36,140 nucleotides of DNA from Chrysochromulina tobinii (GCA_001275005.1 JWZX01002597.1:1-36140), one strand, 5' to 3'. Numbered from the stretch's first letter, positions 8,232 to 18,061 are shown. Notes: generated from the letters alone by a model not told the origin. Translations and numbers: made by a program.

Positions 8232-9602
8232 TCACAAAATGGCACATCCGCAACCACCCTCCTTCGAATCAACCTGAGGCAGCTGCGCGAGCAGCTCACG
8301 CAGGATGGCGGCGATCTCGGCCATCTCGGGACGGGCGGTGTGTTCGGTGCTCCAGCAGCGGGTGAGTAAATCGGTGAGCTGCGGCGGGAATTTCTGTGGG
8401 ATCTTTGGCCGCTCGCCCTGCGTGCACACGCGCCTGAGAACAACGGAGCGGGGAGGTGAAGGGGTTGGTGATGGTGAGTTGTGAGGGGGAGGGGGGATAG
8501 GGGAGGGCAAGGAATTCGCGTCGGTCACGACAGCGGCACGGCAGCAGGCGTGCGGGGCGCCAGGAGGCTCAAGGGGGTGTCGCATGCACCGGTAGAAGCC
8601 GTTCACATCGCAGTCGGCAAAAGGGCGCTCGTGCGCGGCCATCTCCCACATCAGTGTGGCGAAGGCAAAGACCTCAGCCTTATGCGAGTACGGCTTTGAC
8701 AGGGCGACCTCGGGGGCCATGTAGCGGAGCGAGCCGGTGTTGCCCGTAAATGGTCGGGTCTCGTTGCCATCGAGGTCGTCCGCGCTGATGCGCCACAGCT
8801 TGGCGAGCCCGAAGTCGAAGAGGGCGAGCCGCCCGTCGGGCAGGAAGCCGATATTGTTCGGCTTCAGGTCGCGATGCAGGATGCGGCAGCCGGGGAAGAC
8901 GGAGGTGGCGACCTCAGTGTGGCAGTAGTGGAGCGCTTCGGCGAGCTCCAGGCCAGTGCGCAGCGCGCGCGTCAGCGGCCACTTCTTCACCTGCGCCTGC
9001 CGCGTCCAAATGGGCACCGAATCATCCAGCTTGGGCAGCTCGGCGGACAGCACGGTCGCGAGCATCTCGATCACAACGAAGGGCAAGCCGTAGTCGTCGA
9101 GGCCGTGCGCGACGGCGCCAAGCACATTAGGGTGCTGCATCGCCATCATGAGCGCACCCTCCGACAGAAGATCCTTGACCGCCGTCGGGTTGTTGCGCTG
9201 CTCCGGCTTGAGCATCTTGACGACGACATCCTTGCCGTCGAGCTTTGAGAGGTAGGCCCTGCAGAACTCTCCTGCACCGAGCTCTTTCATCGGCCTCTGA
9301 AGCTCATTGAACAACACCAGGCGCGGCTTCCACACCTGGTTGGTCTCTGCGATGAGCCGTGCGTCTGCGCCGCGCATGTTCGCGGTACTTTGGGGGTTTG
9401 CGGCGCCCGGTTCCTTTGGTGCATCGCCGGTTCCTTGTGTTGACCGCGCAGTACTGAAGGTGCTGCTGGGCACGGATTCGCTCGACGCTGTGACCTCCGG
9501 ATTACACGGAACCTCTATGAACGAGACTACGCCATCCTGACCTGGAGTGTGCTTGGACTCGTCGAGGTTCTCCTTTACTGCATTCGCACCGAAGAAGCGC
9601 AT
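8232..9602 (-). CDS. Protein kinase, TKL-like, with C-terminal CaaX; 2 exons, 9602-8590 and 8433-8232
   Basis: GAGEFC loop, VVVK, HRDLKPNN, DFG, GSLRYMAPE, WEM, then GERP and CW...RP; ends GCGCAIL*. Confidence 0.92.
   Translation of the reverse strand: MRFFGANAVKENLDESKHTPGQDGVVSFIEVPCNPEVTASSESVPSSTFSTARSTQGTGDAPKEPGAANPQSTANMRGADARLIAETNQVWKPRLVLFNELQRPMKELGAGEFCRAYLSKLDGKDVVVKMLKPEQRNNPTAVKDLLSEGALMMAMQHPNVLGAVAHGLDDYGLPFVVIEMLATVLSAELPKLDDSVPIWTRQAQVKKWPLTRALRTGLELAEALHYCHTEVATSVFPGCRILHRDLKPNNIGFLPDGRLALFDFGLAKLWRISADDLDGNETRPFTGNTGSLRYMAPEVALSKPYSHKAEVFAFATLMWEMAAHERPFADCDVNGFYRCMRHPLEPPGAPHACCRAAVVTDANSLPSPIPPPPHNSPSPTPSPPRSVVLRRVCTQGERPKIPQKFPPQLTDLLTRCWSTEHTARPEMAEIAAILRELLAQLPQVDSKEGGCGCAIL
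8434..8589 (-). other. Spliceosomal intron (156 nt, in-frame, stop-free) of the kinase
   Basis: GTGCAT donor and TTCTCAG acceptor; removal deletes a Pro-rich non-kinase stretch and gives GFYRRVCTQGERP. Confidence 0.82.
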
Positions 9603-10158
9603 TCCGTCTCAAGGGAGAACTAGAAGATGCCGCGGTGCCGCGGCCGAAAACATCTCAAAATTGAGCGATGCTGTTGGACGAAACCCCCTACAAGCAGCCA
9701 AAAATAGCGCGGAAGATGGTTTTTGGACGGTGATGAACAACGTGATTCCAATTTTCGGTTAGCACATGTCACTATTTTCGGAGGATACGGCACGTCGTGA
9801 TGTAGATGCGACGTTGCGACTAGAAGAAGAGCATTTCGGAAATGCCATTTGCCCTTATGCCGTACAACGATCATCATAGTCACGAAACTAGTGTCTAGAC
9901 CCGTCGTGTCAGCCGCGGGCTCGCGGACACGGGCGGCGACGCTTGGGCACTGCCTGAGTGTGCAACGCTGCCTGAGTCGTGAGTGTGCCCAAGTATGCAC
10001 CGTCCGTAGTTCCGCGTTACCGAAAGCCTCCGGGTGTCCGCGGGATGAGGTCCAGGGCGCATTCGGGCGCACCGCAAACGGCATTGGTGGGATGTGCTTG
10101 TAATAGTGCGCTCTTGCTCTGCTGCCGGTGGTGCTGACGCGGCGCTGCTACGCTCGGC

Positions 10159-10683
10159 TCAGCGATCAGCGGCAGCGGCAACTCCTGCGTTGGCTCTTCC
10201 TTTTATTGTGGCGGGAGATTTAACCTGGCTCAGGATCCACTTTTTCAGGCGGCGTAGCCGCGCCCATACGTTGATGGTAGTTACGAGCCACATGATGCCC
10301 ACTGAGCGCATGATTGCGCGACCGCGCATCCATGCCAAGGAAAAGAGCACGAGTAGCAATAGTAGCCGCATTGTCTGCGCGCGCACCCCGACGGCCAGCG
10401 CAAGCGATCCCGACAGGCCCTGAGCGTCGCCGTCTGGCGCACAGGAGCACGCGCTGCCAGAGTCGTTGGCGATGCCCTTGGAGGCCAGGGCAAGTTGCAC
10501 CTCGATGAGACGCGCTTCGAGCCGGTCGCGCTCGGTCAAGAGCGCCGAAGCGCTCATGGTCGCTGGAGAGCGGTGAAATAGCTGGAGTATGTCCTGTAGC
10601 ACCGTGCTCTTGGTGCGCAGCTCGAGCGCATGTGAAAGGTCGAGCGCCGCGGGCGGTTGCACCGGTTCGAATGGCGCAATCAT
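10159..10683 (-). CDS. Hypothetical small membrane protein (short coiled coil plus 1-2 TM helices); start uncertain (10683 or 10558)
   Basis: ORF with LLTERDRLEARLIEVQLAL followed by hydrophobic segments LLLLLVLFSLAW and IMWLVTTINVW. Confidence 0.45.
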   Translation of the reverse strand: MIAPFEPVQPPAALDLSHALELRTKSTVLQDILQLFHRSPATMSASALLTERDRLEARLIEVQLALASKGIANDSGSACSCAPDGDAQGLSGSLALAVGVRAQTMRLLLLLVLFSLAWMRGRAIMRSVGIMWLVTTINVWARLRRLKKWILSQVKSPATIKGRANAGVAAAADR

Positions 10684-11005
10684 GCCCCGACTCGCTGCCA
10701 CCCGGCTCCGCGTCCCAAGCGACCCAAGCCTGTGCCTTGCGCTACAATAAGTTTGCGAAAGGGTCCGTGAATCGACGTTTCCCAACCCGCACTCTGTGAA
10801 CTATGCACCACCACACGCGAGCACCCCACAAGTGCTACAACCGCTTACTTATGATCCATGCAAACACGATCGAAGAGCTCTCGAAACTCTGACAGAGGGT
10901 TCAGAGGTCTCGTCCGTGTGACTGACCTCCACACGGCACTCCGTCCTGGCTCATCTCTCAAGGCGCAGCGATTGGGTTTCGGGGCTGGCGTCAAACATCC
11001 ACTCG

Positions 11006-14000
11006 CTAGCCACTCCTATAGTCCCCCCCGAAGGCTGGTTGGCCCCCGACGCCAAAGTTCATGTCTGAGGAGTAGGTGCGCGGAGGCGGCTCCTTGACGC
11101 CCGGCTTCCACAGCTCGTCCTTGCCTGCGTGCTCGCCCCGCCCGCGCTCATGGTTGACCCAGTTGGCGACCCCAGCCTTCGAGAAGAGCTCGGGCGTTCC
11201 GTAGTTGACCTTCTTCGACCTGATGGGATCCATAATCGGTTTGCCGCTGGGATCGCGCTCGGGCCTGGCGTACGTTGTGTCGATGCGCGTGTTGAACTCG
11301 ACTTTGAAGTCCGGATCGTCGTACGCGTGCTTGAGGGTCGAAACTCCCGCGGCGCCCTTGCGCGTAGCCTCGACCTCCTTATGCATCTGCCTATAGTCAC
11401 CGGAGCCGTCGAGGTCGACACCGTACAGCACCTCATCGACCTGGCTCTTCCACGTCGTGGCTGCCTTGGACTCGATACCCGGAGGGCAGTCGCCAACGAC
11501 GATCGGGTCGCGCGCGTTGTATTTGGATGAGGGGATACCCAGCCGCCCCTGGAACTCGGGCGCCTTCTCGAGCTCAACATCGCCGTGCTCCCGCTGCGAG
11601 CCGGTGATCTTCCTTCCGAAGACCACCTCGCCAAAGCTCTCCGCGTGCATCGCGCACATCTTCAGACCCGAATCCATGTTGTCGGTCGTGAAGTAGGGAT
11701 CTCGCTCCGCCAGTTTGCCCGTGGCCATGCCGGCGGCGCCCTTGCCGCCGCGCGGGCTCGCTGCCCGATCAAAGAGACGATTGTGGGGATTGGAAGCCCC
11801 CGGCCGTCGAGTGGGTGACTGTGTGGCACCGCGCAACGCAGCCTGCGCCTCCTCTCGCCCGCCCAACTGCTTGTTTCGGTCCACGGGCAGATCATGCAGC
11901 TGCTGCTCGATCTCCTGCGTCGACGCGCCCGCGGCCTTGACGTACGCCTTTTGGCTGCGTAGCTGCTGCGTCTGGTTGGGCGGCTTGCCGATCAGGTCGT
12001 GCGCGTGCAGCAGCTCACGAGCCTCATCGAGGGTTGGCTGCGCCTCCCCGGGGATCCGTGCCGGGCGTACCGCATGGTCTGGGCCAGCGGGACCACCGAG
12101 GAGCGGCTCCTTTTGGGAGAGCTCGTGCGTGCTTGTGCCCGCGGCGGGCGCGTCGGACGCATGCAGCGTCTGCCGCTGCGCAAACCGCTGCGCCGAAGTC
12201 ATGGTCGCTGAGCCTCTGGCGGGCGACACGCCGCGCGCGGGCGAGCTGTGACGGGGCGACGCGAGGCGATCCAACCTGCTGCCTGCTGCTGCCACACCGT
12301 GAACACGTGGGCTGCCCCGTGCGGCTGCGAGGTCCATATCATTACTTGCATGCCCCGAGCCGACAGCCCGCGGCGGCAGCCGGGACACGTCACCGGCCGA
12401 GCGTGCAAAGACGACCTCCTCCACCTCGGGCGCCGCATTGAGCTCTCGCTTGCTGGCGGCGTTCGCCTCGAGCGTCTTGCGCTGCCGGTCCGTCTGGTCG
12501 GCCACGGAGCGGTAGCGCATCAGCGGCTCCATCTCGGCCACAGCGCTCGACGACGCTCCCGCTGCACCCTCGAACCGTTTATTCGCGCCACCCTCTAGCC
12601 GCCGGTGCATCCCGTCGGACCCAATTTCAAAGTCCTTGGGCTTGGGTGCCGAGAAGAGGTGCTGGTTGATGGTGGCCGTGTTGCCGTCGGCTGCCGGCGT
12701 CTTGCCGCGCCCGTACCGACCATACCGTCCCGCGTCGTGGTAGCGGCAGTTCAAATCGCGCTTGTTGATCAAGTGCGTGTCGCTGCCCGCGCTGCCACGC
12801 TGGAAGAGCTCGTCCACCTCCTTCTGCTTGGGCATCGAGGGCTCGTCTGCGCCGAAGACGACCGAGCGCACATCATCGTTGAAGCGGTACTGGCGCTCCT
12901 GGTCATTGCGCGCTGCCGCCTCCGCGGACTCGGCTGAGGTCCTCATAGCGCCCTCGGCAAGCAGTGAATACTTGAGCTCGGGCATGGTGCTGTTGATCAT
13001 GCGCGTCGTGTTGCCGAACGCGCCGTCGTAGGCGTCGGCCTTGACCGGCTTTGTGTGGTGGCCGAGCCCGCTACCCACCTCGTTGGCTGGGTGGTTCTCA
13101 ACGCCGCCCGGGCGCAGCCGGGGTGCGCTCGTACTCCGCCGAATGGTCGCCTCCGAGGCGGTAGACAGACCATTCTGGTGCATCGTCTTCACCCCGGCAG
13201 CGCCGCGCAGACCGTTCTGGTTGTAATACTCGCGCTGCTTCGCGTCGGCGGCGGCCGAGGGCGACGAGGGCGGTCGATCCCCCATGCCGCCGTACACGAT
13301 GCCGCCCTCGCGCGCGTCGAAGACCGAGCCAGGCTGCATCTGCCCCTTGGGCTGCGACGCGCCCGCCTTTGCCCATTTCTCTCGCTGTCTCACAGCAGTA
13401 TGATCGTGTGTGGTGAGTCCGGCAGAGCCCTCAAAGACCCCCTGCTCTTTGACGTACGCGCCGCCGCCGCCAGCGCCCACGTGCTCCGCGGCGCGCACGA
13501 GCTCCTGCCGGTATGCGTTGCTCTCGTTGAACACGACCTTGCCAACCGTCGGCTCATGCGCCTCGCGGCCCCGGATCTTAATCTGCTTGCCGAGCTCCTG
13601 CTTCGACGCGATGTCGTTGAACGCCTTGCTGGAAGCGCCAAAGGCGCCGTCGAAGGCGCGATTCTTCTGCATCGCCTGATGCCAGCCTTCCTTCGAGTGG
13701 TCCTCGCGCGGCTTCAGGCCGTCGTTGCTGATGTTGGATGCATGCTGCGCCGCCTGCACAGTCTTGGCCGCGGGCCGGTCGACGTCGCCGGCAGCGCAGA
13801 ACAGCGACTGCACCTCGTGCTCGGCGAGGTCCTTGGAGCCGACGCCCGCAGCTGGGCCGTACAGCGCCTCGCGCATGCCGGGTCGGTGGGCCGGGTGGAT
13901 CGTCTGGCTCACCTTGCCTGTGATGCTTGGATTGCGGCGGTAGGGGGCCACCGTCCGGTCACCGTCGAGCGCGCGGTGGTTCTCGTGCAGCGTCGGTTCG

Positions 14001-14503
14001 CCTGTCACCTTGCCCGCGACCTCGCGGGGGGGGCGACGGTGCGGCGCCACAGCGCGCTGCGGCGGCACCGAGCGGCTCCGCGGCGTGTAGCCCTCGTGAA
14101 TCCCCTCACCGCTGTGCATCCAGCCGGGCGCCGGGCCGTTCCAGTCCCAGCGAGCGCCGCCAGCGGGCGGGTGCGCGTGGCCGAGCTTTGCGTGCGGATC
14201 AAATTGACCGGAAAGGTAGTCTGCGCCCGCGTCGAGCTTCCGCCGCTGCTGTTGGACCGACGGAGCGGAGCCGTACGAGTCAGGGCCCCGGGCAGACCTG
14301 CCGGGACTGTCACAGCGTGGCGTGCAATACGTACGCTCGGGCTGCCAGCCGCGGCCATCGTAAAGATTGAGGTCGGGAGGACGACCGGCACCGGAATTGG
14401 CTGGCATGGCTCTCGACTCAGACGAGCAGCGCGAGCAGTCCGCTGCAGAGCCGTCCGAGGTTTGGGAGCGAAGGCTGGCGCTCACCATGGCGTTCGCTCG
14501 CAT
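11006..14503 (-). CDS. Large intronless hypothetical protein (~1130-1165 aa) with internal repeats; start at 14503, 14488 or 14407
   Basis: 3.5-kb uninterrupted ORF with G/C-ending codons; recurring (F/Y)xGAAGxxT and VxxVVFG motifs. Confidence 0.85.
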   Translation of the reverse strand: MRANAMVSASLRSQTSDGSAADCSRCSSESRAMPANSGAGRPPDLNLYDGRGWQPERTYCTPRCDSPGRSARGPDSYGSAPSVQQQRRKLDAGADYLSGQFDPHAKLGHAHPPAGGARWDWNGPAPGWMHSGEGIHEGYTPRSRSVPPQRAVAPHRRPPREVAGKVTGEPTLHENHRALDGDRTVAPYRRNPSITGKVSQTIHPAHRPGMREALYGPAAGVGSKDLAEHEVQSLFCAAGDVDRPAAKTVQAAQHASNISNDGLKPREDHSKEGWHQAMQKNRAFDGAFGASSKAFNDIASKQELGKQIKIRGREAHEPTVGKVVFNESNAYRQELVRAAEHVGAGGGGAYVKEQGVFEGSAGLTTHDHTAVRQREKWAKAGASQPKGQMQPGSVFDAREGGIVYGGMGDRPPSSPSAAADAKQREYYNQNGLRGAAGVKTMHQNGLSTASEATIRRSTSAPRLRPGGVENHPANEVGSGLGHHTKPVKADAYDGAFGNTTRMINSTMPELKYSLLAEGAMRTSAESAEAAARNDQERQYRFNDDVRSVVFGADEPSMPKQKEVDELFQRGSAGSDTHLINKRDLNCRYHDAGRYGRYGRGKTPAADGNTATINQHLFSAPKPKDFEIGSDGMHRRLEGGANKRFEGAAGASSSAVAEMEPLMRYRSVADQTDRQRKTLEANAASKRELNAAPEVEEVVFARSAGDVSRLPPRAVGSGHASNDMDLAAARGSPRVHGVAAAGSRLDRLASPRHSSPARGVSPARGSATMTSAQRFAQRQTLHASDAPAAGTSTHELSQKEPLLGGPAGPDHAVRPARIPGEAQPTLDEARELLHAHDLIGKPPNQTQQLRSQKAYVKAAGASTQEIEQQLHDLPVDRNKQLGGREEAQAALRGATQSPTRRPGASNPHNRLFDRAASPRGGKGAAGMATGKLAERDPYFTTDNMDSGLKMCAMHAESFGEVVFGRKITGSQREHGDVELEKAPEFQGRLGIPSSKYNARDPIVVGDCPPGIESKAATTWKSQVDEVLYGVDLDGSGDYRQMHKEVEATRKGAAGVSTLKHAYDDPDFKVEFNTRIDTTYARPERDPSGKPIMDPIRSKKVNYGTPELFSKAGVANWVNHERGRGEHAGKDELWKPGVKEPPPRTYSSDMNFGVGGQPAFGGDYRSG

Positions 14504-14536
14504 TTTCAACTAAAATCGTGTTCGCGCGCGTTACAA

Positions 14537-15688
14537 TCACAGAACTGATGCAGTACAGTACTGGCACGGCATACCGGGTTCAATCCGGAAGTTGCGGAGG
14601 CCAGCATAGAAGATCTCCTTGGCCACCTCGTGCAGTGCCCCATCATACGGGTCGACCCCTATGCTCTTGTTGCCCAGCATGCTCTCTGCCTGCGTCCTGC
14701 TACTCGCGATTGTGGGTCGGGTGTTGAGCTCCTCTGCTTCGTGACAGCGCCCGCCAAACATCGCGTGGAAGAGGCAGATCGACGCACCCCACTCCTCGGT
14801 GAGTCCTACGAACGCAAATCCCCGCAGCCGCTCAATCGCGAGCGCAACTTCCGCGTCCGAAGGGTGCGGTGCTTCGAGGCAGTTCTCTCTTCCTGAAGAG
14901 TGCCGCGCAAGCATCTTCACGCTACAGCCGTGAGCGCGGCTCGCGTACGCGGCCATGGATTCGCCGGCACGCACGTTCCAGCGAGACGCGTACGCCGACG
15001 CGAGCCGCTCCTCAGGCTGGCGCAAGAAGATGACGCCGCGCCCGGAGCCGTGATGCTGGAGAGCTTCGGCGGCGCTGTTGTGCCCTGGCGGGTTCGGATA
15101 GTCGCTCGCGAAACCGTCCGGACACCAAATGGCGCGAGGGAACCTCTTGAAGAAGGCGTGGTCCGAGTCACCTGGCAGCAACGAAGCGCAGCTTGGCCAC
15201 TGAGGGCAGACCCCTGCGTTGTGGATCAGCGTGTTGTGAAAGCTGGAGCCGCACTTGGGCACGTGTACCCACACAATCGGCAACGCGCTCGCCAGTCGCT
15301 GGCGCTGCGCCGGAGTGCTGCTCAACGCGTACAGCGTGTCATGCTGTTGGAGCCCACCCAAGGAGCACATGGCCTGCGTCCCAAAGGCGATATGGGCTAG
15401 GAAGGGAGGCGACGGTAGCAGGGCCCACATGGTTGCCATTTTGATCGGCATGCTAGCAGCGACAGCGATTCCGAGCACAAGCAGGGCGAACAAGGCTATG
15501 AGCACAGGCTGTCTAAAGCGATGGCGCACCGGCGGAGGCAGCGTATCGGTGCCAACATCGAGCACTGCGCCGAGGAGCTCATCAGCGCCATCGGAAGAGC
15601 GGTGCAAAACACGCGCCATGTCCACTGAACCACCATCCCGCCTGTCCTCTGAGCCCACTTGATTGTAGCCATCTTCTTGCGTCCCCAT
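14537..15688 (-). CDS. Membrane-anchored (Golgi-type) sulfotransferase family protein
   Basis: TM helix VLIALFALLVLGIAVAA, PAPS-binding motifs HVPKCGSS (5'-PSB) and FLRQPEERLASAY (3'-PB), and FAFVGLTEEW. Confidence 0.85.
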   Translation of the reverse strand: MGTQEDGYNQVGSEDRRDGGSVDMARVLHRSSDGADELLGAVLDVGTDTLPPPVRHRFRQPVLIALFALLVLGIAVAASMPIKMATMWALLPSPPFLAHIAFGTQAMCSLGGLQQHDTLYALSSTPAQRQRLASALPIVWVHVPKCGSSFHNTLIHNAGVCPQWPSCASLLPGDSDHAFFKRFPRAIWCPDGFASDYPNPPGHNSAAEALQHHGSGRGVIFLRQPEERLASAYASRWNVRAGESMAAYASRAHGCSVKMLARHSSGRENCLEAPHPSDAEVALAIERLRGFAFVGLTEEWGASICLFHAMFGGRCHEAEELNTRPTIASSRTQAESMLGNKSIGVDPYDGALHEVAKEIFYAGLRNFRIEPGMPCQYCTASVL

Positions 15689-15836
15689 TCTCAAAACTTC
15701 GGGCGCCGTCCTGGTCAAGAACGTGGAGAGGATTGGCAGACATGGCAGGGATCTCATCCGTTTCCCCCAATATGAAGAAGTTGATTGCGTGAACAATCGC
15801 TTCCTGGAATCCAATTTCGCACGTCGAACATACAAG

Positions 15837-16940
15837 ATGGATGACGCGGGCACAGATAGAGGTGCGACGCTGGAGTCGGGCGCAACTCCATGGCAGCGGT
15901 CGTGGACGCCACCTCAGTGCCAGTGCTTTCCACTTTGCACGGCCGGCCACGTACTGAGTCTGTACCGGCGCCTGCCGATGGGCGTTACCAACTCATCCTC
16001 ACCTTGGTATGGCTATCTGACGAAAGTTTACGGAAAAGGCGAGGTCCCACTGCCGTTTGATTTGAGAAAGCTTCAGCTCTTCTTCCCCGGGTTGCTCCCG
16101 ACGTCGACACACCTTTGCCGAGCTCGCGTCATCTCCGGCCTCCCCGTGGTCGGCAATTTGACGGATGGCGAGCCGCTTTTGCCAACGTGCCCACAGACCG
16201 ACTGCAGTGGTTGGGTCCGTACAGCCGAGGAGGCAGATGCGGACCCATTGGTGCAGCGCTTACACCCTCGTGGGTGGGCACGGGGTTCGAGCCACATTTG
16301 GACACCAATTACGCAGCGGTGGATGGGCGGCGAGCAGGAGCAGCGCGATCAACACGATCCGCGCTGGTCGCGAATAGACCAGTCGCGGCTGCAGCTGTCC
16401 GGGCGTCATCTATTTGTCGCGCTTCAGATGCGTAGTCGGCAGTTCTTCGAAGACAATACGCTCGTCGAGGTGATACGGATAGGGATGGGCTCTCGTAAAT
16501 TCTCTGAGGGCGGCAATTATGGGTGCTGGTTTTATCCTGCGCGCGGTTCAGGCATCTTTGTAAATGTGGGCAACTCGCTGCGCACCCGCAGCAAGTTAGA
16601 AGCGGCAGCTCAGCTAGGCACGCCACCCCATGACGAGTTTTTACCGAACGCGACGCGGGCAAGAGGTTTCGACTCGCTGCAAATACTGCACGGCGGCCCT
16701 CAATACGGCGGCTCTAACTTCCGGTATCATGAATCTACGATGCCTACATTTGAGCTCGTCCTCACATTCCCAGGTTGTGTGACGCTAGGAAGCTGGAAGA
16801 AGTGGACGAATCTGACGGGACCCTGCGTGCCGGTAGCTACGCGCAGTGGCTGGAATGCGTCGCGCCCCTGCCATTGCGACCCAGCCGCGTCACCATTGCT
16901 GAACTGCCTAAGCACAAGCGCCACCGGAGCCGTCTTCTGA
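15837..16940 (+). CDS. Hypothetical Cys-containing protein with a GCWFYPARGSGIFVNVG motif
   Basis: 1.1-kb ORF of globular-looking composition, divergent from the sulfotransferase; no function recognised. Confidence 0.7.
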   Translation: MDDAGTDRGATLESGATPWQRSWTPPQCQCFPLCTAGHVLSLYRRLPMGVTNSSSPWYGYLTKVYGKGEVPLPFDLRKLQLFFPGLLPTSTHLCRARVISGLPVVGNLTDGEPLLPTCPQTDCSGWVRTAEEADADPLVQRLHPRGWARGSSHIWTPITQRWMGGEQEQRDQHDPRWSRIDQSRLQLSGRHLFVALQMRSRQFFEDNTLVEVIRIGMGSRKFSEGGNYGCWFYPARGSGIFVNVGNSLRTRSKLEAAAQLGTPPHDEFLPNATRARGFDSLQILHGGPQYGGSNFRYHESTMPTFELVLTFPGCVTLGSWKKWTNLTGPCVPVATRSGWNASRPCHCDPAASPLLNCLSTSATGAVF

Positions 16941-17209
16941 CAGGCGGCTTGACGAGCCACTACGTACACTCGGCCAACTAGCCGCGAGCTGGTCGAAAGA
17001 ACCTGAGAGGCTCGCGGGCGGCGCTTGGGACTCTGGCGCCAGGGGGACGAGAGGCTAGCGCCGTGGTCGAGAGTTTCCGTCCTCTGTTGTTCGTCACGTC
17101 GCCTCATCTCGTTAACGAGAACACCTGTAGTACTGGTTTAGTTGACACCTCCGACCCCGGTGTCTTTTGCCGGCAACGGATCGGTGGCATCAGGCAAGTG
17201 GTTGTGAAC

Positions 17210-17450
17210 ATGTTCGTCATACTGCGCCTTGGGCTTCTCCGCGTTGGGCCACACCGGTCGCACGGCAGTGCGCGTTGCGCCTTAGGCCTCACGTCACGCC
17301 TGCGCCGCCTCACCCGGCCGTTAACGCGGCGTCACCATTGCTGTTAGCGACCCAACTAGAATTCACGGATGTGATTGCGTTCGAGCGGAATGGCCACGTG
17401 TGCACTCGCGCCCTGCTCTCAGCAGACGAGCTGGCGTCAGTCGCCTCCAG
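17210..17450 (+). pseudogene. Possible truncated, frameshifted 5' fragment of a PhyH-like (phytanoyl-CoA dioxygenase family) gene
   Basis: DVIAFERNGHVCTRALLSADEL resembles the PhyH N-terminal F.R.G(Y/H)....LL..EE pattern. The nearest leader-like ATG (17210) is in another frame, and the frame runs into AT-rich DNA and stops at 17538. Confidence 0.3.
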
Positions 17451-17796
17451 CCCTCCACTGTGCGGGCAGCAGCAAGGCAGTAGAGGCACCAGAGGCTCTG
17501 ACGCATTCGATGATTGTGATGAATATAGAAGTACATAGAGTTGCTTAACGTTATGGACCAAACACTGTTGAAGTGTTTAACACTAACAACATAACAACAA
17601 AGAGGAACCGTTAACAACAACACTTTAACGTTAAGGATTTTCCCTTTATAACATTAACAACTCCCGTATGGCCACCGAGCGGGGGGTGCCACCAAGTTGT
17701 GTAGTTGACCAGTGGGTCCATCAACCTTCACCTTGAAGGAGTGGGGCTCTAACCCGGCTTCTCTCAGCTAGTGCTAGATCCCAGTCTTAGACCTCG

Positions 17797-18061
17797 TGTC
17801 GAGGTCTGTCGAGGTCTGTCGAGCTGTCGAGCTGTCGAGCTTGACACCTTGACGCCCAGGCACATGCAGTCAGGGGCGGGTTTCTGATTCTGTCGAGGTC
17901 TGTCGAGCAGGTCTGTCGAGGCCTGTCGAGTAGCTGTCCTGCTGTCGAGTAGCTGTCGAGTAACTGTCGAGCTTAATGTCGAGCTATCCTGTCGAGTAGT
18001 TTTGAGTATCCTTAGAGAGTTAGAGTATCCTGTCGAGTTCCTGTCGAGTTCCCGTGTCGAG
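17797..18061 (+). repeat. Cluster of 17 same-orientation TGTCGAG motifs (one more at 18161)
   Basis: Counted directly; mostly 8-13 bp spacing, in three blocks (17797-17839, 17891-17996, 18031-18061). Confidence 0.9.

Noticed and set aside
17797..18061. CRISPR-like array
   Set aside because: The repeats are only 7 bp with mostly 1-6 bp spacers, there are no cas genes, and the context is eukaryotic.
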